The position numbers and the translations under genes are program-made. Positions 1 to 8,559 of a stretch of 64,000 bases of DNA are shown here, one piece after another. Under the pieces are notes generated by a model, which saw only the letters and a program-made list of their open reading frames with translations, was not told the DNA's origin and ran no database searches. Origin of the DNA: Vicinamibacterales bacterium (GTDB lineage Bacteria; Acidobacteriota; Vicinamibacteria; Vicinamibacterales; UBA8438); NCBI GenBank assembly GCA_965243615.1, contig CBDEVO010000003.1, forward strand, positions 4,058,471-4,122,470. The letters are read 5' to 3'. Every line of letters starts with the position of its first letter. The first letter of the stretch is position 1.

Positions 1-605
1 GGTCGAGGTCGCGTACGAGGCCGTGCTCGAAGCAGTGATCACGCGTTTGTGGGAAGTCGCACATCTGTTGGGCCGGCGTCGCGCGCGCAGGAGAGCTCCG
101 GCGGGCGGTCTTGTCGGCCCCGAGGAGTTCCCGCCGCTGCGAGATGTGGAGATGCTCCCGGACCTTCCGTGGCGGTTGCTCTCGCTGCAGCGTCTCGTCA
201 ATGACGCCACTGCCCGAGGACTGGACGCGGGTTGGGCCGACACCCAGGGGCTGAAGATCACGCCTCAGCCGTGGGGCTACGGTCGGTACCTGTGGCTCGC
301 GGGTGCGGAAGTGTGGTTCGGCATCCATTACGAGGATTGGGCTCGGCTCCCTCCCGATACTCCCCTCTGGCTCTGGTTCAGACCGAATTTCTCTCGAGAG
401 GCGCAAGACGACGCGCCGTGCGCTCGGTCCGCTTCGCAGAAGGAGCCCTCGCGAGCTCTTCGACGACGACGGTGGCGGTCTTGCTGTTCCCGTCCCGTTG
501 CCGGTGGAAAAGGAGTACGGTGCAGTACTCGACGCTGCGGTCCAGCGCCTTGAGGAAGTCGCACGGCTAATCGGTGAGACACCAAGCAGACGCAGAAGCA
601 GGTAG
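1..605 (+). pseudogene. Hypothetical protein, cut by the window edge, with an apparent frame change near 430-455 (frameshift or sequencing error)
   Basis: Frame 2 is open from nt 2 (VEVAYEAVLEAVITRLWEVAHLLG...GAEVWFGIHYEDWARLPPDTPLWLWFRPNFS) and then decays into R/C/S-rich text. Frame 3 continues with protein-like ELFDDDGGGLAVPVPLPVEKEYGAVLDAAVQRLEEVARLIGE, ending at TAG 603-605. The frame-3 tail repeats the motif seen at nt 2-70. Confidence 0.35.
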
Positions 606-634
606 TCAGCGACCGGGACGCAACTGGGTGTTCC

Positions 635-1426
635 ATGCATGAGACTCTCGATGTACGTTCGCGCGGCCCTCGGCGAGACAGCCGCTCGGAGAGCGGCTAC
701 GCCATGGCCGGGCTGCTCGTCGCCATCGGAATCATGAGCATCCTGATGACGGTGGCGATGCCCGCATGGCGCACCCTCGCCAAGCGGGAGAAGGAAGCCG
801 AGCTGCTGTTTCGCGGCCAGCAGTACATGCGGGCCATCGACCTGTATCAACGGCGCTTCCCCGGGGCCTACCCGACCGATATCGAGATGCTAGTGGAGGA
901 GCGCTTTCTCCGGCGGCTCTATCCCGACCCGATGACCGGAGAGCCGTTCCGGATCCTGACGCAGGGCTCGGCCGCGGCGTCCGCCGACGAGACTGCCGAG
1001 ACGGACACGGCGGGTGGCCGTCCGGGCCTCCCGGGGTCCCGGCGCGCCGCGGGGAATCTGCCCAGCGCGGCGCGTTCGGGCGTGGTCTCGGGCCGAGCCG
1101 GCAGAGTCTCCCCCGGCCCGTTCTCGGGGGCGCCAGGGGGCGAAGACGAGGAAATGGGCGGCATCGTCGGGGTGGTCAGCCGATCCACGGAGGAGTCGCT
1201 CCGCGACTACAACGGCGCTACCCGTTACGATCAGTGGCTCTTCGTTCACCAGGGGCAGGCGGTCGCGCCCGGGGCCGCGGGAGCGGCGGCCCCGTTTCCC
1301 GGAGGCATCGGGAGCGGACCGGGCGGACCGGACCGCATGGGCGGCGCGTCGGGGAACCTCGATAGCGGCTTTTTCTCGCGCCCCGCTGGCGGCGGTTTCC
1401 GTGACCGCGCCGGGCCGGGGCGGTAG
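635..1426 (+). CDS. Prepilin-type pseudopilin, GspG-like, with a long Gly/Pro/Ala-rich insert
   Basis: The leader and hydrophobic helix read SESG/YAMAGLLVAIGIMSILMTVAMPAW. The GspG-like core reads REKEAELLFRGQQYMRAIDLYQ...YPDPMTGEPF and ...SLRDYNGATRYDQWLFV. Position +5 is Gly, not the usual Glu. Confidence 0.7.
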   Translation: MHETLDVRSRGPRRDSRSESGYAMAGLLVAIGIMSILMTVAMPAWRTLAKREKEAELLFRGQQYMRAIDLYQRRFPGAYPTDIEMLVEERFLRRLYPDPMTGEPFRILTQGSAAASADETAETDTAGGRPGLPGSRRAAGNLPSAARSGVVSGRAGRVSPGPFSGAPGGEDEEMGGIVGVVSRSTEESLRDYNGATRYDQWLFVHQGQAVAPGAAGAAAPFPGGIGSGPGGPDRMGGASGNLDSGFFSRPAGGGFRDRAGPGR

Positions 1427-1782
1427 CTCCCGCCCGCGCCGTCCAACCGTTTGCGGGACCAGCGACACGAAAGTGATGTCGGCCGGCCGACACGACTCTC
1501 GGACACTTTCGGCATGGCCCCGGAGCAACCCGGGTCGGTCGCCGCAGATCGGCCGCTGCACCTCGAACAGGCTCGACATCCGTTGCACAAAGTCGAGGAC
1601 GATATTCAACGACAATCAGCGGGGACGGTCGCGGCGCCGGCTCGGATCAGGTCCCGGGGCGAAATCGGCAAAGGCAGGTAGAATCCGAATTGGCTGGCCG
1701 TGAATTGACCTGAAACGGCCGGTCAGCACAGAATGGGTGGTGGTGAAGGAGGCATGAGAACACGCGCCACGCGAGTGGCCCG

Positions 1783-2457
1783 ATGAGGGTGCTCGCGACA
1801 GGCATGAACGCCACCACGATGGTCGATACCCCTCCATTGCGTCTCCACGCAGTCAGCGTCGTCGTGACGGCCGCATTCCACAACCCGTCGATCCTCAACC
1901 CGGACTTCCTGGTGTCCCGCGCGATCGTTCCCGAGGACTGGAACGTCGCCGAAACACTGACGACGCCCCCCGTTGCGGTCGTGAAGTACGACAACGGAAT
2001 CGCGTGGACGGCGGACGAGTCGAGGCTGACCGTCACGGAGGAATGCGGGCCGGCATTCGACGACGCCTATCGCGTCCATGGCCTCGTCGACGCCTACCTC
2101 AAGAAGCTGCCGCATGTACCGTATCGGGGTCTGGGCCTCAACTGCCAAGTGACGGTATCGCAATCCGATCCAGAACGCTGGCTGATCGAACGATTCGCCG
2201 CCGACTGGCTCCGTACGGACCCGCAGGTTCGCGCACTGCAGCCGACGTTCGCTCTCGACGCGGGCAACGCCGTGTGCAGAATCACGTTCATGGATGCCGG
2301 CAGAAGTCAGCACGCGTGCGTGGCGGCTGAGTGCAACATGCACCACCAAGGCCCCTTCGAGGTGCGCGAGTTGCGGTCGGCTATCGCGCGCTGGCCGGAG
2401 CGCCAGGAGTTCATCGTGTCGGCTCTCCGCAGACTGTTCGGGAATCAGCCGGCATGA
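1783..2457 (+). CDS. Hypothetical protein (cassette gene A, 224 aa), no family recognised
   Basis: The ORF has ordinary protein-like composition (AFHNPSILNPDFLVSRAIVPEDW...). Its stop overlaps the next start as ATGA (2454-2457). A 10-codon upstream ORF with a strong GAAGGAGG Shine-Dalgarno ends in ATGA on its start codon. Confidence 0.6.
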   Translation: MRVLATGMNATTMVDTPPLRLHAVSVVVTAAFHNPSILNPDFLVSRAIVPEDWNVAETLTTPPVAVVKYDNGIAWTADESRLTVTEECGPAFDDAYRVHGLVDAYLKKLPHVPYRGLGLNCQVTVSQSDPERWLIERFAADWLRTDPQVRALQPTFALDAGNAVCRITFMDAGRSQHACVAAECNMHHQGPFEVRELRSAIARWPERQEFIVSALRRLFGNQPA

Positions 2458-3137
2458 ACAGTTCCGATGCAACCGCCAGCCCGGCACTCGACGCTATGGT
2501 GCGCGCCGGGATCCTGGCGGCGCTGGTGCGTGCCGCCCCATCACGGGACGAGCGCAGAACCTGGTCTTCGTCAGACGAGACGACGCCGGGAACCGCGTCT
2601 GGAAGACTCACTCACGAGGCTCACGTCCTGAAGCTCGGCCAGCGATATGCTGCTATAGCTGCCGCAAACACTGCCGAGGCCGGCGACGACCTGAATTCCG
2701 TCGCGTCGCGAATTCTCGGGGCGCCGCGGCTCAACGACATCACGGCGGCCCTGTCGTTCGCGGGGCGTCGGATCGTTGCTGATCGCATCGAGGAACTCGA
2801 CGCGATCACAACGGAAGGCGCCCCGGACGAGCCGGCGATCGTGCTCGCGTCTCTGCGAGGACTGGCGCTGTTCCTCCTGAGCGAATCCCAGCTTGCCGAT
2901 CCGGAGATAGGGGTCAGTCCGAACGGGCTGTTGCTGGCGGAATGGGCCACGGCGGAAGGTGGCGTTGTCGCCATGGAGTTCAGGCCCGACGGAATCATCC
3001 AATTTGCCGCGGTCTCGGCGGCCGACGGCACCGGTAATCGGCTGCGCGTCCACGGCGGGTTGCCGAAGGACCGCGCCCTGAACGCTGTCCGGGATTTCGT
3101 TCCCCAGGTGGACCGCCCGGGTGCCCCATCTTCCTGA
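2454..3137 (+). CDS. Hypothetical protein (cassette gene B, 227 aa)
   Basis: The start is set at ATG 2454, which forms an ATGA overlap with gene A. The upstream part of the 2331 ORF overlaps gene A. The translation is protein-like (PAIVLASLRGLALFLLSESQLADPEIGVSPNGLLLAEWATAEGGVVAMEF...). Confidence 0.55.
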   Translation: MNSSDATASPALDAMVRAGILAALVRAAPSRDERRTWSSSDETTPGTASGRLTHEAHVLKLGQRYAAIAAANTAEAGDDLNSVASRILGAPRLNDITAALSFAGRRIVADRIEELDAITTEGAPDEPAIVLASLRGLALFLLSESQLADPEIGVSPNGLLLAEWATAEGGVVAMEFRPDGIIQFAAVSAADGTGNRLRVHGGLPKDRALNAVRDFVPQVDRPGAPSS

Positions 3138-3549
3138 CGGCGATCACGTATCCCGCTACTGCAAGCCCTCATCCGTGGGCGCGGACGGCCTGCCGTTGAC
3201 GTCCGCATTCCGGCTCAAGCCGGACGAGGACTATCTGTCCGTCAACTGGCTGGAGTACTTCAGCTCGCCCCGCCTCGCCGACGCAGTCGAGCATGTTCGA
3301 GAGGTCTTTCGTCACAAAGGGTATGGACTCCGGCCCAACGGCAGGTTCGCGGTGCTCCGTATCGGCTCGGCGAAGAACGCGGTGGCTGCAGCGGTCGGAC
3401 GCTCCGGTCGAGTCCAACACCTGCCCCTCGACAACGATGCGTCGCACGCCGGTCTCTTCGGAGATCCGTCGCACGATCTCGCGGTCGCTGTCGAGTTGCG
3501 CGCTCTGATCCAGCGCGACGACGTCCACTCCGCCACGACGGTTCCGTGA
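3121..3549 (+). CDS. Hypothetical protein (cassette gene C, 142 aa)
   Basis: A GTG start overlaps gene B by 17 nt. The translation reads MPHLPDGDHVSRYCKPSSV...LSVNWLEYF...REVFRH...DASHAGLFG. No family is assigned with confidence. Confidence 0.55.
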   Translation: MPHLPDGDHVSRYCKPSSVGADGLPLTSAFRLKPDEDYLSVNWLEYFSSPRLADAVEHVREVFRHKGYGLRPNGRFAVLRIGSAKNAVAAAVGRSGRVQHLPLDNDASHAGLFGDPSHDLAVAVELRALIQRDDVHSATTVP

Positions 3550-3591
3550 GGGAACCCATCTCAAGCACGGCGCCGGAGGGAACGCTCCGCC

Positions 3592-4038
3592 CTACCACTC
3601 GGCGTAGGGCGTGCCGTCGAGGCCAGCGCCGCTCGCGCCGCTGCGTACGTCGAAGACGCCCTGGGCGCGGGGATCGGCGGGGTCGTACTCGGCGAGGACC
3701 ACCTGCCAGGTCGCCGTCGACCGCGTGAACGGGTCTTCCGGGATCGCGCGCAGATACCCTTCGGAGACCAGGTTCTCCAGCGCCGGCGGATACTCGGTCC
3801 GGTCCGCGTAGTACTGGTCGATAGCGTCCCGCATGCGAAACAGGTTCTCCTTCAGGGCCGCTTCCCGGGCCCGCGTGACCGCCGTACCGTAGCCGACCAT
3901 GGCGACGGCCACGAGGGTCGACATCAGCGAGACCACCACCACGAGCTCGATGAGCGTCCAGCCCGCCGCCGAACCGGCCGGCGGCCGCGGCCGGACCGCG
4001 AGCCGGGACTCCACGTATCGGGTGCGCCAGGCTTCCAT
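3592..4038 (-). CDS. gspG: Type II secretion / type IV pilus pseudopilin, GspG-like
   Basis: It has the prepilin cleavage/methylation motif AAG/WTLIELVVVVSLMSTLVAVAM with Glu at +5. The C-terminal part reads YLRAIPEDPF...GLDGTPYAEW. The start is set at ATG 4036-4038 (MEAWRT) because the longer ORF overlaps the preceding gene. Confidence 0.85.
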   Translation of the reverse strand: MEAWRTRYVESRLAVRPRPPAGSAAGWTLIELVVVVSLMSTLVAVAMVGYGTAVTRAREAALKENLFRMRDAIDQYYADRTEYPPALENLVSEGYLRAIPEDPFTRSTATWQVVLAEYDPADPRAQGVFDVRSGASGAGLDGTPYAEW

Positions 4039-4040
4039 CT

Positions 4041-4550
4041 TCACCACTCGTCGTAACGGGTCCCGTCGAGCGCCGTCGCCCTCGACGTCGTGTAGACGTC
4101 GTACACGTTGTCGCCACTCCACCGCCGCGAGTCGGGCTCGTCGTCGTAGGAGCGCAGCCCCCATTCGCGGCTCTGCGTCATCGGATCGAACGGAATGCGC
4201 CGCAGGAAGCGCATCTTGCGGCCGGTCGCGTCGTTCGCCATCTCGACGCCCTCCACCAGGACCTCGAGGCTGGCCGGGTACCCCTCGTTGTCCGCTTCCA
4301 CCTCCGGGCCACCGATGGTGCCGAGATCGACCGCGTCCTTGTGGCGGTCGATCGCGGTGCGCATCTCCCGCAGCGCCCGCCGCAGCTCCGCCTCGCGCTG
4401 GCGCTGCATCGTCACCCGGGCCAGCGGCATCACCGCCGACGCCAGGATGAGCACGATGGCGCTGACCACGAGCAACTCGACGAAGCTGTACCCCCGCTCC
4501 GCCCCGACGCGGGCGTGAAGGGCGCGCAGGAGCCCGCGGCGCCCCCTCAT
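4041..4550 (-). CDS. gspG: Type II secretion / type IV pilus pseudopilin, GspG-like
   Basis: The prepilin motif is ERG/YSFVELLVVSAIVLILASAVMPL with Glu at +5. The C-terminus reads RRIPFDPMT...ALDGTRYDEW. Its start forms an ATGA overlap with the pilO-like stop at 4547-4550. Confidence 0.85.
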   Translation of the reverse strand: MRGRRGLLRALHARVGAERGYSFVELLVVSAIVLILASAVMPLARVTMQRQREAELRRALREMRTAIDRHKDAVDLGTIGGPEVEADNEGYPASLEVLVEGVEMANDATGRKMRFLRRIPFDPMTQSREWGLRSYDDEPDSRRWSGDNVYDVYTTSRATALDGTRYDEW

Positions 4551-5146
4551 GCCCCGGGGCCTCCCGCCTCGGCCGGGGAGGCGTCGCGATAGTACGTGGA
4601 CACCCCGAGGGTGAGCACCAACCCCTCGTCCGACTCGTTCCCCTGCCCCAGCATGACGTCCTCGACGAGGATGAACTCGGGGGCCGTCTCGAGGACGTGG
4701 ATGAAACGGCGGACGTCCTCGTACCGTCCCGCGAGCACCATCGTGGTTCGCAGCCGGGACAGCGGGCTGCCGCGTTCCCGTTCCGACACGCTGCTCTGCC
4801 GCTCGAGCACGAGGGCGGAATCGCGGGCCAGTCGATCGAGGTACGGCGAGAGAACAGCGCGGGCGCCCGCGAAGCCGGACGGGAGGACCTGCGTGTAGAA
4901 CTGTTCCAGCCGTTCCTCGGCGCGGTCGGTGCTGGCGCCGGTCTCGGCCGCCGCCTCCCAGGCGGCGCGCATCTGTGCGAGGCGGCTCTCGGCCGCCACC
5001 GCGTCCGCCTCGGCCCGCGCGACCCGCCGCGACCAGGGATACAGGGCCACCGCGTAGAGGAGGCCGTCGACCGCCAGCAACAGGGCGACGGCCGTCACCA
5101 ACCGCCGGTGATCCGAGGCGATTCGCCGCAGCAGCGTCATCGACAT
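4547..5146 (-). CDS. pilO: PilO/GspM-like inner-membrane pilus assembly protein
   Basis: It has a single N-terminal TM (LVTAVALLLAVDGLLYAVALY) followed by a coiled-coil stretch, and it sits directly after pilM and pilN. The start is set at ATG 5144-5146 (MSMTLL). Confidence 0.6.
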   Translation of the reverse strand: MSMTLLRRIASDHRRLVTAVALLLAVDGLLYAVALYPWSRRVARAEADAVAAESRLAQMRAAWEAAAETGASTDRAEERLEQFYTQVLPSGFAGARAVLSPYLDRLARDSALVLERQSSVSERERGSPLSRLRTTMVLAGRYEDVRRFIHVLETAPEFILVEDVMLGQGNESDEGLVLTLGVSTYYRDASPAEAGGPGA

Positions 5147-5183
5147 GCCGGTCTCGGGCCTCGCCCCCCCGCGACGCGTCCCC

Positions 5184-5837
5184 TCAGTCGCCAGGCCGGG
5201 CATCGGGGGCACCGGCACCCGGCCCCACCGCGGCGTTCGGCGGCGAAGCGCCTTCCCCCGGCCCGCCGCCGGCATCGGAGGACGCCGGTGGACCGAGGTA
5301 GCGGCCCCGCAGGACCGCGCGGTACATCCCGTCCTCGGTCAACTCCACCTGCCGGTTCAGCACGCCGTCGAACGCGCCGGACGCCTCCAGGGACGTGACG
5401 AACCGGCTGATGGCGTCGAGGCTCCGGCCCCGCACCCCCATTGCCACGTCGACCGTGCCCGGCTCGATCTCCGGCCGCACCTCGGTGACCATCACGTCGG
5501 GCGGCAGGGTGGTCTCGATACGGTTGAAGAAGTCGGTCCACGAGAACACCCGCTGGGTGATCAGGGTGTTGGCCTCGCGTGTCGCCTCGGCCAGCGTACC
5601 GAGGTCCCGCGGCGTCGCGTTCCGTTGCGCCTCCGCGGTGCGGGCCGCCAGCTCCGCCGTCTCCCGGGCCGCGCGGTCCACGCGCGCCTCGAGGTCGCGG
5701 TTGAGCCGGGCGAGGTCGACGAGGCGCACGACCCCGGCCGCCAGCAAGGCGAGGCCGAGTGCCGCGGCCAGACCGAGCGCCGCCCGCGCGAGGCGCTCGT
5801 TGTAGAAGGGTCGGGTCGCCAGATTCGTCCGCAGCAT
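5184..5837 (-). CDS. pilN: PilN-like fimbrial assembly protein
   Basis: The N-terminus MLRTNLATRPFYNERL is characteristic of PilN and is followed by a TM and a coiled coil. The start at 5835-5837 was found by reverse-complementing the plus strand. The longer ORF is a GC artefact. Confidence 0.75.
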   Translation of the reverse strand: MLRTNLATRPFYNERLARAALGLAAALGLALLAAGVVRLVDLARLNRDLEARVDRAARETAELAARTAEAQRNATPRDLGTLAEATREANTLITQRVFSWTDFFNRIETTLPPDVMVTEVRPEIEPGTVDVAMGVRGRSLDAISRFVTSLEASGAFDGVLNRQVELTEDGMYRAVLRGRYLGPPASSDAGGGPGEGASPPNAAVGPGAGAPDARPGD

Positions 5838-5896
5838 CGCCAAACTGCAACATACCACGGGCGCCGGCGGCGCCGGGGCGCCCGGTGCGTCTCCGG

Positions 5897-6859
5897 TCAG
5901 ACCCCGCCGCGTGGGGTGTGCTCGCGGACGAGAAGGCCCGCCGGCGCCGCCGCCACGTCGGGAAGCGCCCCCCCCTCGCCCGGCGACCCCGCCGACCGGC
6001 CCGCGGCGACGGGGGTGACCGCGGTGTCGAGATGGGTCTCGATGAGCCGCCGGAGCCCCGCGGCGTCCTCGGTGGTGGCCCCTTCCCGGCTGACGGCCAG
6101 CAGCACCCGCCCGTACCCGTTGCCCTCCAGCCGATCCTCGTAGTACATCGTCGTCTGGTGCACGAGGTCCACGAGGTCTTCGTCGCCGCCGGCCGGGCGG
6201 TGGCGGAACAGGATCAGGTGTCCCCGACGCACGACGGCGATGGACCGGTATCCTCCCGCCGCGTGCACGAGCAGCCAGTCCGGCTCGGCCGGCGGACGGG
6301 CCGCGAGCACCGCGTCGATCAGGCTGAAGCTGGCCAGATTCACCACCCCCGCGTGCGCCCCGCCCCGCGCGCACGCGCTCTCGTACTCCTCGACGACGTC
6401 CCGCCGCATCAGGCTCACGACGAACTCCCGGCCGCCGCCGTCGACGGGGGCGCCGGGCGCGCAGGCCACCTGGGCGTCCTCGATCCGGAACGGCGCCGTC
6501 TTCCGCGCCCGCCATCGCACGAGCTGGTCGAGGTCGGCGGCGCGCGCGGGCACCTTGTCGAACCGCAGCAGCGACACCTTGGCGGCGCTGTCGGGCACCA
6601 CCAGGGCCACGCGCCGGGGCGACCCGGGCAGGGCCGTCCGCACCTGCCGGACGACGTCGCGCACGGTGTCGGGCTCGAGCACGTTGGCGGCGTTGGCGGC
6701 GGGGATGACCGACCCGGCGGGCAGCGGCCGGGAGACGGCGGCGGCCACCCGCCGCTCGCGGTCGAGGACGACGCCGGTGACGCGGTCGGCGGCGATCTCG
6801 ATGCCCGCCGACGGCGGGGGGGCGGCGACGAGGCGGGACAGGCTGCCGAGCGCGCTCAT
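5897..6859 (-). CDS. pilM: PilM-like actin-fold pilus assembly ATPase
   Basis: The translation reads IEIAADRVTGVVL...RVALVVPDSAAKVSLLRF...AGVVNLASFSLIDAV...LLVHAAGGYRSIAVV. It lies upstream of pilN, and its ATG forms an ATGA overlap with the gspE stop (6856-6859). Confidence 0.75.
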   Translation of the reverse strand: MSALGSLSRLVAAPPPSAGIEIAADRVTGVVLDRERRVAAAVSRPLPAGSVIPAANAANVLEPDTVRDVVRQVRTALPGSPRRVALVVPDSAAKVSLLRFDKVPARAADLDQLVRWRARKTAPFRIEDAQVACAPGAPVDGGGREFVVSLMRRDVVEEYESACARGGAHAGVVNLASFSLIDAVLAARPPAEPDWLLVHAAGGYRSIAVVRRGHLILFRHRPAGGDEDLVDLVHQTTMYYEDRLEGNGYGRVLLAVSREGATTEDAAGLRRLIETHLDTAVTPVAAGRSAGSPGEGGALPDVAAAPAGLLVREHTPRGGV

Positions 6860-8559
6860 TTGACGAACGTGACCTTGTTGATCTCCTGCAGGGTGGTCAG
6901 GCCGGCCAGGACCTTCTCGACCGCCGACTCCCGCAGGAAGCGCATGTTCTCGTCCCGCATCGCCTGCTTGATCTCCGAGGTCGGCGCCCGCGCCAGGATC
7001 AGCTCCCGGATCCGGTCGCTCAGGTCGAGCAGCTCGCACAGGGCGGTGCGGCCGCGGTAGCCGGTCCCGTTGCACTCGATGCACCCAACGGCCTCGAAGA
7101 GCTCGTGGCCCCGCGCGAGATCGGGGTCGAGGCCGGCGTCGGCCAGGGCCTCGTCGCTCAGCCGCAACGGCCGGCGGCACTCGGTGCAGAGCATCCGGAC
7201 GAGGCGCTGGGCGAGCACGCAGTTCAGCGAGGAGATGAACTGGTAGGCCTCGACCCCCATGTTCAGGAACCGCCCGAGCACGTCGAGCACGTTGTTGGCG
7301 TGCACGGTCGTGAAGACGAGGTGGCCGGTCAGCGCCGACTGAATGGCGATCTGCGCGGTCTCCGAGTCGCGGATCTCGCCGACCATGATCTTGTCGGGGT
7401 CGTGCCGGAGGATGGAGCGCAGCCCGCGGGCGAAGGTCAGCCCCTTGCGCTCGTTGATGGGGATCTGGGTGACGCCGTGAAGCTGGTACTCGACGGGGTC
7501 CTCGATGGTGACGATCTTGTCCTCGGGCGAGTGGATCTCGGAGAGCGCCGCGTAGAGCGTCGTCGTTTTCCCGCTCCCGGTGGGACCGGTCACCAGCACC
7601 ATGCCGTAGGGCTCCTTGATGGCCCGGCGGAAGCGGCGCAGCTCGGCCTCGGCGAACCCGAGGACGTCGAGGCGCAGCTCGCGGAACTGCTCGCTGATCG
7701 TCTCCTTGTCGAGAATGCGGATCACCGCGTCCTCGCCGTGCACCGTTGGCATGACCGACACCCGGAAGTCGATGGTCTTCCCCGGCACCCGGACCTTGAA
7801 GCGGCCGTCCTGGGGAATCCGCTTCTCGGCGATGTCGAGCTCCGCCATGACCTTGATGCGCGAGAGGATGGCCCCGTGGAACTGCCTGTCCACCGGGCGC
7901 ATGGCCGGCTGCAGGGTGCCGTCGATGCGGTACTTGACGTGGACGGCGTCGTCGAGGGTCTCGACGTGGATGTCGCTCGCGCGTCGCTGCAGGGCCGTGT
8001 AGATGGTCGAGTCGACGAGCCGGATGATGGGGCTGATGTCGCTCGTGAGTCGCTCGACGGTCAGGCTGTCCTCGCCGGCCTCGTCCTCGTGCAGGATCTG
8101 CAGCTCGAAGCTCTCGGTCGCCTCGTCGAGGACCCGCTGCGACCCCTCGCTCTTCTTGAGGATGGACTCGATGGCCGACCGCGTCCCCACCGTGACCCGG
8201 ATGGGGGTGTCCAGCAGCAGGGCCAGCTCGTCGATCTTCGGGAGATCGATGGGGTCGGAGACGACGATGACGAGGGTGTCGCCGACCCTGCGGTAGGGCA
8301 CGAAGCCGTACCGGAGCATGAGATCGGCGGGAATGGACCGGAACAGGTCCGCGTCCATGCTGAACCGGTCCATGTCCGCGAATTCCACCCGGTAGCGCTC
8401 GGCGAGCCGACGGGCCCGCGCGACCTCCTCCGCGTGGTCGGCCACGGCCGGCCCGCCGGCGGCCGGCCCGTCGCCCGGATGGAGGGCGCCGGGCCCCGCC
8501 GCGCGGCCGCTCTCCGCCCTGGGCCCGCCGGCCGCCGCGGTCGGATCGGGGGCGCTCAT
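6856..8559 (-). CDS. gspE: GspE/PilB-family secretion ATPase
   Basis: It has the Walker A motif VLVTGPTGSGKTTTLYA, the MVGEIRD box and HLVFTTVHAN. The tetracysteine motif is CTECRRP...CIECNGTGYRGR. The start at 8557-8559 (MSAPDP) forms an ATGA overlap with the gspF stop. Confidence 0.95.
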   Translation of the reverse strand: MSAPDPTAAAGGPRAESGRAAGPGALHPGDGPAAGGPAVADHAEEVARARRLAERYRVEFADMDRFSMDADLFRSIPADLMLRYGFVPYRRVGDTLVIVVSDPIDLPKIDELALLLDTPIRVTVGTRSAIESILKKSEGSQRVLDEATESFELQILHEDEAGEDSLTVERLTSDISPIIRLVDSTIYTALQRRASDIHVETLDDAVHVKYRIDGTLQPAMRPVDRQFHGAILSRIKVMAELDIAEKRIPQDGRFKVRVPGKTIDFRVSVMPTVHGEDAVIRILDKETISEQFRELRLDVLGFAEAELRRFRRAIKEPYGMVLVTGPTGSGKTTTLYAALSEIHSPEDKIVTIEDPVEYQLHGVTQIPINERKGLTFARGLRSILRHDPDKIMVGEIRDSETAQIAIQSALTGHLVFTTVHANNVLDVLGRFLNMGVEAYQFISSLNCVLAQRLVRMLCTECRRPLRLSDEALADAGLDPDLARGHELFEAVGCIECNGTGYRGRTALCELLDLSDRIRELILARAPTSEIKQAMRDENMRFLRESAVEKVLAGLTTLQEINKVTFVK

